Part shown: piece by piece, positions 49,255-62,100 of the stretch
Position numbering within the stretch: the stretch's first letter is position 1
Layout of the letters: every line of letters starts with the position of its first letter
Origin: Stegostoma tigrinum
Lineage: Eukaryota
Assembly (NCBI RefSeq): GCF_030684315.1
Contig: NC_081391.1
Location: 13,431,342-13,495,341 of the forward strand
DNA length: 64,000 bases
Direction of reading: 5' to 3'
Made by a program: the position numbers and the translations under genes
Notes under the pieces: generated by a model
Databases searched by the model: none
What the model was told of the DNA's origin: nothing
The model's input: only the letters and a program-made list of their open reading frames with translations

Positions 49255-50728
49255 ATGAGATTAGCCAATGTTGTTTCCCCTGTTCAGAGGATAGCAAATG
49301 TGGTTCCCCTGTTCAAGAAGGGGAGTAGAGACAACCCTGGTAATTATAGACCAGTGAGCCTTACCTCAGTTGTTGCTAAAGTGTTGGAAAAGGTTATAAG
49401 GGATAGGATTTATAATCATCTAGAAAAGAATAAATTGATTTGGGATAGTCAGCACGGTTTTATGAGGGGAAAGTCATGCTCATGCCTCACAAACCTTATT
49501 GAGTTATTTCAGAAGGTGACTAAACAGGTAGATGAGAGTAAACTGGTTGATGTGGTGTATATGGATTTGAGCAAGGCATTCGATAAGCTTCTAAGGTTCC
49601 CCACAAGAGGCTATTGTACAAAATGTGGAGGAATGGGATTGTGGAAGATATAGCAGTTTGGATCAGAAATTGGCTTGCTGAAAGAAGACAGAGGGCGGTA
49701 GTCGATGGGAAATGTTCATCCTGGAGACCAGTTACTAGTGGTGTACTGCAAGGGTCGGTGTTGGGTCCACTGCTGTTTCTCATTTTTAATAGGTGACCTG
49801 GATGAGGGCGTAGAAGGATGGGTTAGTAAATTTGCAGACAACACGAAGGTCGGTGGAGTTGTGGATAGTGACGAAGGATGCTGTAGGTCGCAGAGAGACA
49901 TAGATAAGCTGCGGAGCTGGGCTGAGAGGTGGCAAATGGAGTTTAATGCAGACGAGTGTGAGGTGATGCACTTTGGTAGGAGTAACCGGAAGGCAAAGTA
50001 CAGGGCTAATGGTAAGATTCTTGGTAGTTTAGATGAGCAGAGAGATGTCGGTGTCCATGTACACATATCCTTGAAAGTTGCCACCCAGGTTGACAGGGCG
50101 GTTAAGAAGGCATACAATGTTTTAGCTTTTATTAATAGAGGGATCGAGTTCCGGAACCAAGAGGTTATGGCGAAGCTGTACAAAACTCTGGTGCGGCCGC
50201 AATTGGAGTATTGTGTACAGTTCTGGTCACCCCATTATAAGAAGGATGTAGAAGCTTTGGAAAGGGTGCAGAGGAGATTTACTAGGATGTTGCCTGGTAT
50301 GGTGGGAAGGTCTTACGAGGAAATGCTGAGGGACTTGAGGCTGTTTTCATTAGAGGGAAGAAGTTTGCGAGGTGACTTAATTGAAACATATAAAATAATC
50401 AGAGGGTTAGATAGCGTGGATAGGGAGAGCCTTTTTCCTAGGATGGTGACAGCGAGCACGAGGGGGCATAGCTTCAAATGGACGGGTGAAAGATATAGGA
50501 CAGATGTCAGAGATAGTTTCTTTACTTGGAGAGTAGTGAGGGAATGGAACGCTTTGCCTGCAACAGTAGTAGATTCACCAACTTTAGGTACATTTAAGTC
50601 GTCATTGGACAAGCATATGGACGTACATGGAATAGTGTAGGTTAGATGGGCTTCATATCGGTATGACAGATCGGCACAACATCGAGGGCCGAAGTGCCTG
50701 TACTGTGCTGTAATCTTCTATGTTCTAT
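49255..50728 (+). mobile_element. CR1 LINE upstream of copy G (near-identical to 7035-8509)
   Basis: ORFs 49198-49653 and 49705-50640 encode the CR1 ORF2 RT and C-terminus. Confidence 0.95.
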
Positions 50729-50899
50729 GGCTCCAACAGCAACGTTCAAAAGTTATGACGACTATTCCCTCAGATTAACAATCCAACAGAATTCTGCAAA
50801 TCTGTGATGACTGTGTCTTCACGCACAACCTCAGATAGAAAAGCGAAGGTTTAGAGTATATTTTATTGTCATTTTCTGGCAAATACATTTACAGAATGT

Positions 50900-51102
50900 G
50901 CACTTGTACAGGAGGTCAAAGGTCATTCAGCAATTCCATCATCGACCAGTTGTCAACTGTGATTCGTTTCTGGATCCAGTTCCCATCCTGCACTGATTGG
51001 ACGTGGCAACTGATCAATTGATTAACAAGAGTGATTGGCCATCACTGATGATGTCATTTCCTGTTTCATAAAAAGAGGGTCTGCCCCTGGGGTATAAATA
51101 GA
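50900..51102 (+). promoter_or_regulatory. Conserved promoter block, copy G
   Basis: Perfect DR1 50913-50925, two ATTGG boxes, TATAAA 51093-51098. Confidence 0.75.
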
Positions 51103-51185
51103 GTCCCACGGGAATGATGTTGATTGTTCTTCCTAATTTTGTTATTTTGGTGGTGAGGAAAATAAAAGAAATTTTTTGTCACAAG

Positions 51186-54100
51186 ATGGCCTCCCAGATC
51201 AGTCAGAACTATCACCAGGATTGTGAAGCTGCTGTCAACAAGCAGATTAATGTGGAGCTCACTGCCTCCTATCTCTATCAGTCTTTGGTGAGTGCTGTCT
51301 CTCGGGGTTAAACATATAAATCTGTTCTGTTGAAGTAAATTCTTTGCCTGGCCTCTAGTGAAGCTGACAATCTAGTAGATTGAGGTTTTGTGGCTCCTAC
51401 CTAAATATCAGTTCAGGATAGAGGTGGTGTTACTATCACGATGGTGTAGGATACTGATGTATGTTAACTCAGGTCCCAGTTGGCCTTCAGTGGTATCTGG
51501 AGGGTAAAAGCCTCTTGCTTTTGTTTTCTTTCTGACACAAGTTTCCTGACTTCATTTGCCTGATCTCTGTGGTGGTCCTAAACAAACATGCTGATTTTTT
51601 TTAACACTGACAATAACAATAACTTCCCTGTTGCAGTGGCCCTTGTTAGTCTGAACAAACCTGAGGCTAGTCTGTGACTGGTATCTATTTTATGTGGATC
51701 TCCTTCATTGAGGCTGACTTGGCTTTACTTGTATTTATTCAAGCGGTGGGTGTGGCCTATCCCGTCCCTACTGAGAGTGGATCTGCTGTGTGTGAGAAAT
51801 GTTGGATCCCCTCTCTGCCCCTTCTCCACCCCACCCCATGCTGGGGCTGCTGGAATGTGCTGAGGCTATTAGCCCAGTGACAGTGAAGGAATGGAGGTTG
51901 TTCCCATATCATTTAGCTTGACCTAAAACAAAATGTCCCCTCTATCCCGGTGGTGATGTGCTTGTGCCCTTCCAAGGAGTAGACTGTGCTTGGAAGGTAT
52001 GTGTTGAAGTAACCTTGGTGAGTGCTGCAGGGGACCTGGTAGATAATGGACCCTGAAAGGAGGTGGTGAATGCAGTCCCCATGAAGTGGGCTGCTCTGTC
52101 CTGGATGGTGTCTGCTTCTTGCATGTTGCAGGTCCCCTTCTCCAGACACATGGGGAATATTCATCTCTCTCTGGGCTTGTGCCTGTTGTGAGGAAGTTGT
52201 CTTGTAATGAGGACTAAGTCCCTATAAGCCTCACTTGGGAGGTGGGACAGCTTTATTGGTGATCCAGTGGTTGGGGTTTAATCACTGTGTCCCAACTCTG
52301 TTGGCACATGCTTCCCAAGGATAAAATCCCGACTATCTTCTGCCATGACGTGTAACTACCCACTTAAACCAGAGATTTTTGCTTGCCTGACTGTGGTTTT
52401 TGGATTTGTGGATTAAAGTAACTTTTCAGGAGTCCTTCCCCAGAATGTAACTCTTAGCTGATGCTTCCAAGAGTGACGATTAGCTCTTAAACCCTTACAT
52501 CGAATTGTGAACATGACAGTTTAGATATGAGTCACATGGGCTGAAAGCCGACAGGATTTTTTGCCTGTTTGGGTTAAGTCAGGGCAAGTGCTTTTCCAGG
52601 TTACTGTTTTCACTAGTGACATTATCTACAGGCCACTGATATTTGACATTTGATCATTTGTTTCAGTCATGTGACTTGGTGCAAGTTTCTGACAGCCTGA
52701 GTTTGCACTATTTTTAGGCAGAGCAATAACCCACTGCTGCAACGATCCAAAGGCTGTTACTGGGCAGGCTTTCCTTGGCATTATCTTAGTGCTAAACATC
52801 ATACTGAAGATAGCGTACCCGTGTAGAGTTAATGTGTACACTTATGTCCAAATATCATTGATCCTGGGTTTGTAGAAAACATTCTCCCTACTATTCATTG
52901 ACTAGAACAAGGTTCAACATCTTTTTTGAAAGTTTACCTGAAAGGCAAAACACAGTGCCTTGTGGCTCCTCCATCCTGTGTACATCCTGTACGCCAGCTC
53001 CTGGCACTTCCTGAAACCCTGTTCAACCAGTAACTTCATCCAATTCTGTTGGAGATTAATGAATAGAAGCATGAATTCAGCTCTGTCTCTCCACAAAGGC
53101 TGTGCCAGGCACTCCTGAGCTAATCACCAGTAGATTCAAACCAAAATAAAACAGTATTTTTGGTTCCAGGAGGAAGCTGGACTGTTGTGATTTTGCCCAG
53201 TTGCTGGTGAATTGAACAACACTGGGTTCACAATCTGTTCAGTGTCTGATACATGAGCATGCCTTCTGTCAGTTTGGTTTGAGTGCTCAAGTAGTCTTGT
53301 AGTTGAGAACTGCAATTGGGAGTGAGCCAGTGATGTCGAATGTAACTTGAACTTGTTCTTCCAGATGTCCTACTTTGCCCAAGACGATGTTGCCCTCCCC
53401 CATTTCTCCCAGTTCTTCAAAGATCAGTTCCAGGAGAAGCGGGAACATGCAGAGAAGCTGCTGAAATTCCAGAATCAGCGTGGCGGCCGAGTCCTCCTCC
53501 AGGATGTGAAGGTTGGGGTTGGGTGGTGGGGGAGTGCAGGGTGGAATGGCTGCTCTTGCGGTGTCATCTCCAGTGACAAGATTTTCAGATCCTGAGCGAG
53601 TGTGGAAAGTTCTTTTGCTTGGCTTCCCTGTTTGCTCTCCTCCATCTCCAGTGTTTCAGCATTTATACAAGCCTGACTTCCATCAAACAACCACCTCAGC
53701 CTCACCTGCTCAAAGGACAAGGAAAACCCCAGCCCATCCAATCTCTCTCCTCACAATGGATTTTCTGTCTCGGGGAAACAACCTGGGGACCCTCACCAGC
53801 ACCCCCTGCAGTGCTATCCTGTCCTTCTGACTAGCGAGGCCAAAGATAGAATACAGCAGAGACCGGGAGAAGAATTTTCATAAAATGTGTTCAAAGGACT
53901 TGTCCCTGTGCTGTTCCTCACAACCCTGCCCCAAACTAACACATGTTACTTGGCCTATGTCCCCTTTCACACACAGTTTGCCTTGTGTGAGCATTGAGGG
54001 ATCGATGGTCCTGTGTTTATTGTAAGCACATTACTGCCCCCCACAATGAATTCAAGTAATGATGGTTCTGACCATGCCGCTCGGGCATGTATGAGGCCAC

Positions 54101-55394
54101 AAGCACAAGTGAGACTTGAACCTCAGCCTTGTCAACCGGAGCTTGGGACACTACCGCTACTTCCCCCACAGCCCTTGGGATTCACTCATGAATATCCTTT
54201 TTAAGACTCCAGCAGATGGACACTGGTGCAAATGACTAATCTGGTACATTTTTATTCCCTGTGGTACAAGGATATGTTCCTGAACTTCCGGCTTCAGGTC
54301 AAGGATAAATGGGGCAAGGTGAAAGGAGTCACCAAGTAGCTAATGTTTTCTTTATCTGGACTTCAGGGATGGCACAGTGGCTCAGTGGTTGGCACTGTTG
54401 ACTCAGTGCCAGGGGTACCAGTTTGGCTCTGGCCCGTGACGAGAGTTTAAACGTTTTCCCAAAGCATGGCATCCCCACACAGTAGAAAAGAAGATTGGCA
54501 ACTTGAAATGCAGGTTACAAGAACAGGGTGGGAATGGGACCAGATGGGATGCTCTTCAGCAGTTATGGTCTCAGTGGGGTGAATGGCCTGCTCCCATGCT
54601 GCAGGGATTCTGTTTCTGAAGCTTACCTGTCCTTCTCTCCATCCATAGAAGCCAGAGAGGGATGACTGGGGTAACAGCCTGCAGGCAATGCAGGTTGCCC
54701 TGAATCTGGAAAAGAATGTGAACCAGAGTTTGCTGGATCTACACCAACTCGCCACAGCCCAGACTGACCCTCATGTCAGCTTCACCTCCTCATTCACATC
54801 ACTGCTAGACCCTCAAGGTAACGTTTCATTGGTTGGTCTGTGTGGATTGGAAATTCACTGAAGTAACACTTTCCATCCATTACTTTCCTGAACTATTGTA
54901 ACATTGATCACTTGGGATCATACTGATTACAATGAGGTATAAGGGGAATTTGATCTCTAATCTAGTGGAAGTGCTGAAATGACGTTGGCCATTGAGTTCT
55001 TCATTCGTATCATTGCAGTGGAATGATCATTGTCCATCACAATCCAACTCAGCTCCATTTCACAAACAGCAAGATGGAGCAGCTGACATGTTGTCCTCAC
55101 TGGCACAAATTCTCCAGGTGTTAGCTCGCTTTTCAGGGCTGTCCAGAGCTAGTCATGGCTAAGTCTGTCTTGCAGTGGGAATTCTGAAATTGTCGTGGAT
55201 AGTATAAATGTACCAAGTGTCATATTCCTCTGTTGCAGCTGTGTGACTTCCTGGAGACTCACTATTTGGATGAGGAGGTGGAGATCATCAAGCAACTGGG
55301 GGACTACATCACCAACCTGAAGCGCCTGGGAGCCCCTGAGAATGGGATGGGAGAGTACCTGTTTGACAGGCTCTCCCTGGAGGACAGCAGTTAG
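51186..55394 (+). CDS. Ferritin copy G, intact ORF with weakened exon-3 donor
   Basis: Exons 51186-51287, 53365-53511, 54649-54774 (donor GTCAGC rather than GTAAGC), 55239-55394. The ORF is open but has YFAQDD and DQFQEK substitutions. Confidence 0.87.
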
Positions 55395-57445
55395 TGTGGC
55401 CTGGAGTACTGTCTGCTTGGTCTGAATGTATTCCCTACTTCACCCTGGACAACCTGTCTCCTTCCAAGGAGAAGGGGCTTGTAGCAAACAATGTAATGGC
55501 TGAACCAGCTGAGTGGAAATGAATGAAATGTATTGATGTTGCTTATTGTCCATCATTGAGACCCTTGATATTAAAGAGCTTTTGAGAGCTTCAAGCCTGT
55601 AATTTTGGCTAATGAAATTATTAATTTGACAGAATATTTCCCTGGTCTTCCCTCCAACACCACCCCAGCATCAGTCTCGGAATTCCCGTGGAACTTCCTC
55701 TAAGTTATGAATCCAAGTTATTCCTCCAGCCAGAACTTGAGGTTTGGGCCTGCGGGGTGTCAAGTCACTTTGTACTATTATCCCACACCCAGGTATGATG
55801 AATACAGGTGCAGCTAAAATTTTCATTGCTTTCGAAAGAGAAAACACCCCTGCTTGGCCGAAAGAAAGACTTGACACCCACTTTCACAGAAACAGGGCTG
55901 TAGGATGCTTTATGTTCATGTCTAGTTTGCTAAGCAATAGCTTCCCTGTCAACCTCTGTCAACCTCCACCAACCGAGACTGATTGCTCAAGTCCACACAA
56001 ATCGCAAGTTGATGCCAATGTAAATTCTGTGCCAGCTGGCTCGGCTTGCCTCAACAAGAGCTTAAGGGAAGAGATCCAGCAGCGTCCCCTCTCTAGCCTT
56101 TTGGAGGAACCAGCAATGCTGGGAGCAATAAAATTGAACTGAGCAACGGGGATCTGACACACCTGGTCTATTCTATTCAAATGAATGTTATTACTTTTTC
56201 CGGACAGTGCATCCGAGATTCACTGAGACCCAGTTGAGGTTCAAGCTAAGACCAGCCCTGTGGCCTCCTGACCCCCACCACCAACTGCCTGCCTCAGGAC
56301 AGCCATCAGCAGTTGCTCACAATGACCAGTTCATTTGTTCCTTCGCCTGAGGAACATGCGCTGCTCTCCCAGGCGATATGGATTAAATACCCATTGTAGC
56401 TCGACAAGAAAGCTCACACGGGGGGAACCATTTCCCAGGAGTAATCCAAAGCTGTCCTAATGTGGCTTTGCTCCGTTTACTTCCTTGCTCTCTGCCAAGT
56501 CTTGGTCAAAAATCCCACCACGCCTAGTAATAAACTTCAGGCCAGCCAGCCCAGAGATGGGAATATTCAGCACAAGTCTGCTTGAAAAAATTCACCTGAA
56601 CTGGATGCACTTAATGGCACCTACAGCAGGATAATAGTGACCTGGGAATAACACAGCAACGCTCCTGGTTAAATGCTGCCATTTGATTGGCTCTTGCTGC
56701 TCAAGCCAGCATTGAGCGCACTAAGCTGCTCCCTTGGTTCCTCTGAGCTTCCCCCACGGGGAGGGTTACTCCTGATGCAGGTTGATTTCACCCGATCACA
56801 TTGAAGGAGCAGTGTGACTCAGGGAGGAGAACTGGAGATGCTGACTTTCCTGAATGGCTGCTTCCTTTATCTCTCGAGGTGTCAGAGATCGTGGTTTAGG
56901 GAGGGGGCTGTCAGAGACATCCTGGGGAATGTTTCAGGGAGCTTTGTAGCGAGTGCACACTGCAGCCTTCACTGAGGGTGTGGGTCTTTAAGGCACTGAA
57001 TGTATTTGTTCCACCACGTAGAGTTTTATTTTAAACAATCTTGAGTCTTGGCTGTAGAATCGCTGCAGTGCAGGAAGAGGTTGTTCAGCCCATTTAGTCT
57101 GCACTGATCCTCTGAACAGCATCTTGTTCAGACACACCCTGCCTTCTTCCGCCATCTTTCCCACGGCCACTCCAAAATAAACTGCATGTCTTTGGACTGT
57201 GGGAAGAGGCCCACACAGGCACGGGGAGGATGTGCAGCCTCCACACGTGACTGGAATTGACCCCAGGTCCCTGGCACTATGAGGCAGTAATGCTGACCAT
57301 TAAAATACCCTGCCATCCAAAAGTTACAAAAAACAGGAACACTCTGTTGCACAGAATTAGAGTGAATGACTCGTTTCTCACGGAAACAGACCCTTCGGTC
57401 CTACCTGTCCATGCTGACCAGATTTCCCAACCTGACATAGTCCCA

Positions 57446-57637
57446 AGATAATAAAATGTGAGGCTGGATGAACACAGCAGGCCAAGCAGCATCTCAGGAG
57501 CACAAAATCAGAGATGAAGGATCTAGGCCCGAAACGTCAGCTTTTGTGCTCCTGAGATGCTGCTTGACCTGCTGTGTTCATCCAGCCTCACATGTTATTA
57601 TCTTGGAATTCTCCAGCATCTGCAGTTCCCATTATCA
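57446..57637. mobile_element. 192-bp Penelope terminal-repeat insertion with inverted arms and 14-bp target-site duplication
   Basis: CTGACATAGTCCCA at 57432-57445 and 57638-57651. Inverted arms at 57443-57507 and 57542-57606. Absent from the paralogous site at about 15187-15201. Confidence 0.85.
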
Positions 57638-58312
57638 CTGACATAGTCCCACTTGTCTGCCTTTGGCCCATATCCTTCTAAACCATTCCTTTCCATGCAA
57701 ATCTCCAAATGTCACTTAAATGTTGTAATTCTAACTACCTCCACCACTGTCTCTGGCAGCTCGTTCTAACAATGCACACCACCTTCTGTATGAAAATGTT
57801 GCCCCTCATGTCCCCATCAAATCTTACCCCTCTCCCCTCAAACCGATGCCCTCTAATTTTGGACCCCACCTGACCCTATCACAGCATGCTTTTTATATAC
57901 AGTCAATCTTGAGTGTGCCAATGGCAAGGCTACATTTAGTGCTCAGCAACTGTTACACTTCAGGAGATGGTGATGAGCTGCTTATTACAGTCCACCTGGT
58001 GTCGGAGAGACCGGAATGATGCTGCTGCTGTTGCTGAGGAGGGGCTTCTGGGATCTTCACTCACAAACACTGATATTATTCCAAGTCAGGATGGTGATGG
58101 ATTTACTTGGAGCTGCTTCAGTGTCACTGGGGCGGCATTGAGCTGGAAAATTGCAAACTACTCCAGCATTATTCCCAACTTCAGTCTTATCGATGGTGAA
58201 CAGACTCTGGAAAGTCTGAAGTAGAGTTATTCACAACAGGATTCCCAGACTCTGACTTGGTCTCAAAGCCATGAGCACATGAATTAGGATTGACCTCTGC
58301 CCATGGTTTCTT

Positions 58313-59740
58313 AGAAAATAGAACCTAGAACAGTGCAGCACAGTTCACGCCCTTCAGCCCACGATGTTGTTTCGAACTTTTATCCTAAACCCAAGGACGA
58401 TCTCACCTCCACTACCTTATATCCATATGCTTATCTAATAGCCGCTTAAAATCCCCTAACGAGGCCGACTCCACTGCACTCTCCGGCAATGCATTCCACG
58501 CCCCAGCCACTCTCTGAGTAAAGAACCTACCTCTGACATCCACCCTATATCTACCTCCACTCACTTCAAAACTATGCCCCCTCATAATAGCTAACTCCAT
58601 CCTAGGAAAAAGTCTCTGGCTGTCATATCTGCCTATACTTATGATCATTTTGTACACCTCTATCAAGTCACCTCTCATCCTTTGTTCTGAAGAGAAAAGC
58701 CCTCGTTCTCTCAACCTTTCTTCGTAAGACCTTCCCTCCATTCCAAGCAACATCCTGGTAAATCTCCTCTGCACCTTTTCTAACACTTCTACATCTTTCC
58801 TGGAATGAGGTGACCAGAACTGGACACAATACTCCAGATGTGGCCGAACCAGGCTTTTGTATAGCTGGAGCATAACTTCACAGCTCTTGAAATCAATCCC
58901 TCTATGAATGAAAGCTAACACACCACATGCCTTCTTGACAACTCTATCCATCTGACTGGCAGCTTTCAGGGAACTGTGGACATGAACCCCGAGATCCATC
59001 TGCTCCTCCACACTGCCAAGAATCTTTCCGTTAACCCTGTATTCTGCTTTAAAATTTGTCCTTCCAAAATGAATCACTTCACGCTTTTCAGGGTTAAACT
59101 CTGTCTGCCACTTCTCAGCCCCGCTCGGCATCCTATCAATGTCCTTTTGTAACCTGGAACAGCCGTCCACACTATCCACAAGTCAAATCACCTTCGTATC
59201 TTCCAAAAACTTACTAATCCGCCATTCCACTCCTACATCCAAATCATTTACCAAAATCGTAAATAGAAGAGGACCCCGAACAGACCCTTGAGGTACACCA
59301 CTCGTAACTGAGCGCCATGTTGAATATTTTCAGTCAACTGTCACCCATGTCTTCTATGGGTCAGCCAATTTTGAATCCAATCTGTCTCATTTCCCCCGTC
59401 ACATGCCTCCTGACTTTCTGCATGAGCCTGCCATGGGGAACCTTATCAAACGCCTTACTTCAATCCATGTATTCCCTTATTCACTGATCTACCTTCATCC
59501 ATATGTTTCGTCATCCCTTCAAAGAATTCAATCAGATTTGTGAGGCATGATGTACGCCTCACAAATCCACACTGGCCATCACAAATCATACTGTGCCTAT
59601 CCAAGTGATCATTAATTCTGTTTCTTACAGCCCTTCCCATTAATTTGCCAACCACTGACATAAGACTAGCTGGCCTGTAATTTCCAGGGTTACCCCATTC
59701 CCTTTTTTGAACACATGAATAATATTCAAACTTGTCATTC
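58313..59740 (-). mobile_element. CR1 LINE upstream of copy H (paralogue of 15865-17298)
   Basis: ORFs 58412-59179 and 59455-59742. Confidence 0.95.
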
Positions 59741-60482
59741 AAAGCTAAAAGATAGCACTAGACTGCATCCTGCTTTTTGAAGCAGATATTGAGTGAAAGT
59801 AACTTGCTTCCACCAGTCTGTACATCAGTGCTGTGATCATACTCGAACGTTCATTGGGGATCCTCAATTCCCAAAGCCTCACAGGCCACCAGTCCATGGG
59901 AGGCTGCTCCATTCAACGCAGTTGCTGAGCCATACATTCTACAGAATGTAATGTAAACAGGACCAGCAACTCTCCATTTGGAAACATGCTGGAGTTAAGC
60001 TCTCGATCTACTTCAAACAATTAAAAATCAAACTTTGCGATAGAAAGTTTGCATGTGCTATACATTTCCAGCAGCAATGTAGACAGGGAGGTGTGAGGTT
60101 TACTATGCAGGAGAGGCACTCAGCACATTTAGCACCTTGCTTTTCAAACTGCACTTCATGAACCCAACGTCAAGGAGATCACAGCAGATTCAGAATGGAT
60201 CCACAAAGGAATTAGCCTTCTGTATTAGATAACCCAAAAGCACATTGTTTCTGTCGATGCACAGCAATAAGAAAATGTTTACTGTTAACAAAATCTGGCC
60301 ATTTTTCAATGGGCTCCAACGCTGTTATTCAACAAGTACAAAGACTAATCCCTCAGAGTAACAAACTGACAGAATTCTGCCAATCTGTGATGAGTGTGTC
60401 TTAAGATATAATCTCAGATACAATCGTGAACTTTTAGAGTATATTTTATTGTCATTTTCACATAGAAATATTTCCAGAATTT

Positions 60483-60685
60483 GCACTTGTGCAGGAGGTC
60501 AAAGGTCAGTCAGCAATTCTATCATCGACCCGTTGTCAATTCTGATTGGTTTCTGGATCCAATTCCCATCCTGCACTGATTGGACGTGGCAGCTGATCAA
60601 TTGATGAATGAGAGTGATCGGCCAACACTGATGATGTCATTTCCTGCTCAAGAAAATAAAGGGCTGCTGCTCGAGTATAAAAATT
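60483..60685 (+). promoter_or_regulatory. Conserved promoter block, copy H
   Basis: Perfect DR1 60496-60508, distal ATTGG, TATAAAA from 60676. Confidence 0.7.
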
Positions 60686-60778
60686 GTCCCAAGAGAGTGA
60701 TGTTTATGGTGTAGTTGATCATCTTTCTAAGTTTGTTATTTGATTTTGGAGGAAAAGGAAAGCTATTTTCTTCATTAA

Positions 60779-60880
60779 ATGGCCTCCCAGATCAGTCAGA
60801 ACTATCACCAGGATTGTGAAGCTGCTGTCAACAAGCAGGTTAATGTGGAGCTCACTGCCTCCTATCTCTATCAGTCTTTG
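60779..60880 (+). CDS. Ferritin copy H, exon 1 only (gene continues beyond window)
   Basis: [34 protein letters not shown] followed by a GTGAGT donor. Intron 1 is collinear with intron 1 of copy C to the window end. Confidence 0.9.
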
Positions 60881-62100
60881 GTGAGTTTTGTCTTGATGGA
60901 GTTGAAATTAAATCTATTCTGCAAAAATGAGCTGATCCTCTTGTTTCTAATTAACTTCATAGTCTTGTAGATTTGAGGAGTTTAAGTTTGCACCTTTAAA
61001 AATCATTTTGGGATAAATGTAATGCCCTTTGGTGACAATGGATTTTGATATTGATGTGCAGTATCTAATTCACCAGCTGGGATTGAGTGATAGATGGAGG
61101 GCAAATTGTTCTGTCAATTATTTTACAATTTACTGCCAGGTCTCTGCCTGGTGGTAACTGTCGTTTTCCTCCCCAGAATTGACCAAACTTTACTAAAATT
61201 AGATGTAATGGTGTTGGGAGTTGTAGGCACCCCTTGGCTAGTCATCCTGTAACATTTTAATTTACCTTGATCACACTTAATTTGTGCTCTGATCCTAAAT
61301 ACACATGACAGTTTCCATTCTGTGATGGAGAATGATGGCAGTGACTGGCTTCTCTGAGCATATGCACTTGTAACTTGCATTGAGGAGGCCTCAGATGTGG
61401 ACTAGTTGGCTTTCTGCATTCTCAGTTCATGAATGGACTGTTAGTGGCCAGGAAGTCACTTGTTGTCCATTCCTCCAATAGATCAATACCCTCCTGTGAG
61501 TGCATGCACAGGGTGTCTGGAATAACCTGAGGTCTTCACTTCACCAAAAAAGGTGAAGAATTGGAGTTTCAAATTCCCACGGTATGGGAAATGGTGCCTT
61601 TCTCCAGGGAGCACTGTGCCTATGGCCTCTCAAAATGGCAGGCTATAATGGTTTGTAAATGTTGAAGCAGCTTTTGAAGGCTGCTAGATACCTGGTAGAT
61701 AGTGGACACTGGGAGTGCATTCACTCACTCCCTTCAATGAGGTGGGCTGCTCTGTCCTGCATAGTGTCTACTTTGTGCATGTTGCAGCTCCACTTCTTGG
61801 GAAAAAGGGAGAATATTCATCCCTCCATGGGGCTTATGTCTGAGAAGCATTCTCTTCCCACTCTGAGGATGAAATCCCTGTACCCTTCCCTTTAGCAGGT
61901 GGGAACAGCTATCACCAATAAGCCTGTTGGGTCTTAACTGTTAGTGGTGTCCCATATCAATTGGGCAGCATGTGCCCAAACAACCTACTATTGTATATCT
62001 GTGAGATGCAGCTACCCGAGAAAAGCCAGAGAAATTTACATGACTGTTTTTTGACAAAAGAAACTTCTCAGCCTGATCAGTTGGAACTAGATAACCTGCT

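Noticed and set aside
49705-50640. 311-aa ORF as a possible domesticated reverse transcriptase gene
   Set aside because: It is a 5'-truncated CR1 ORF2 fragment with FADN in place of FADD, upstream frameshifts, and a stop in the paralogue at 8092-8094.
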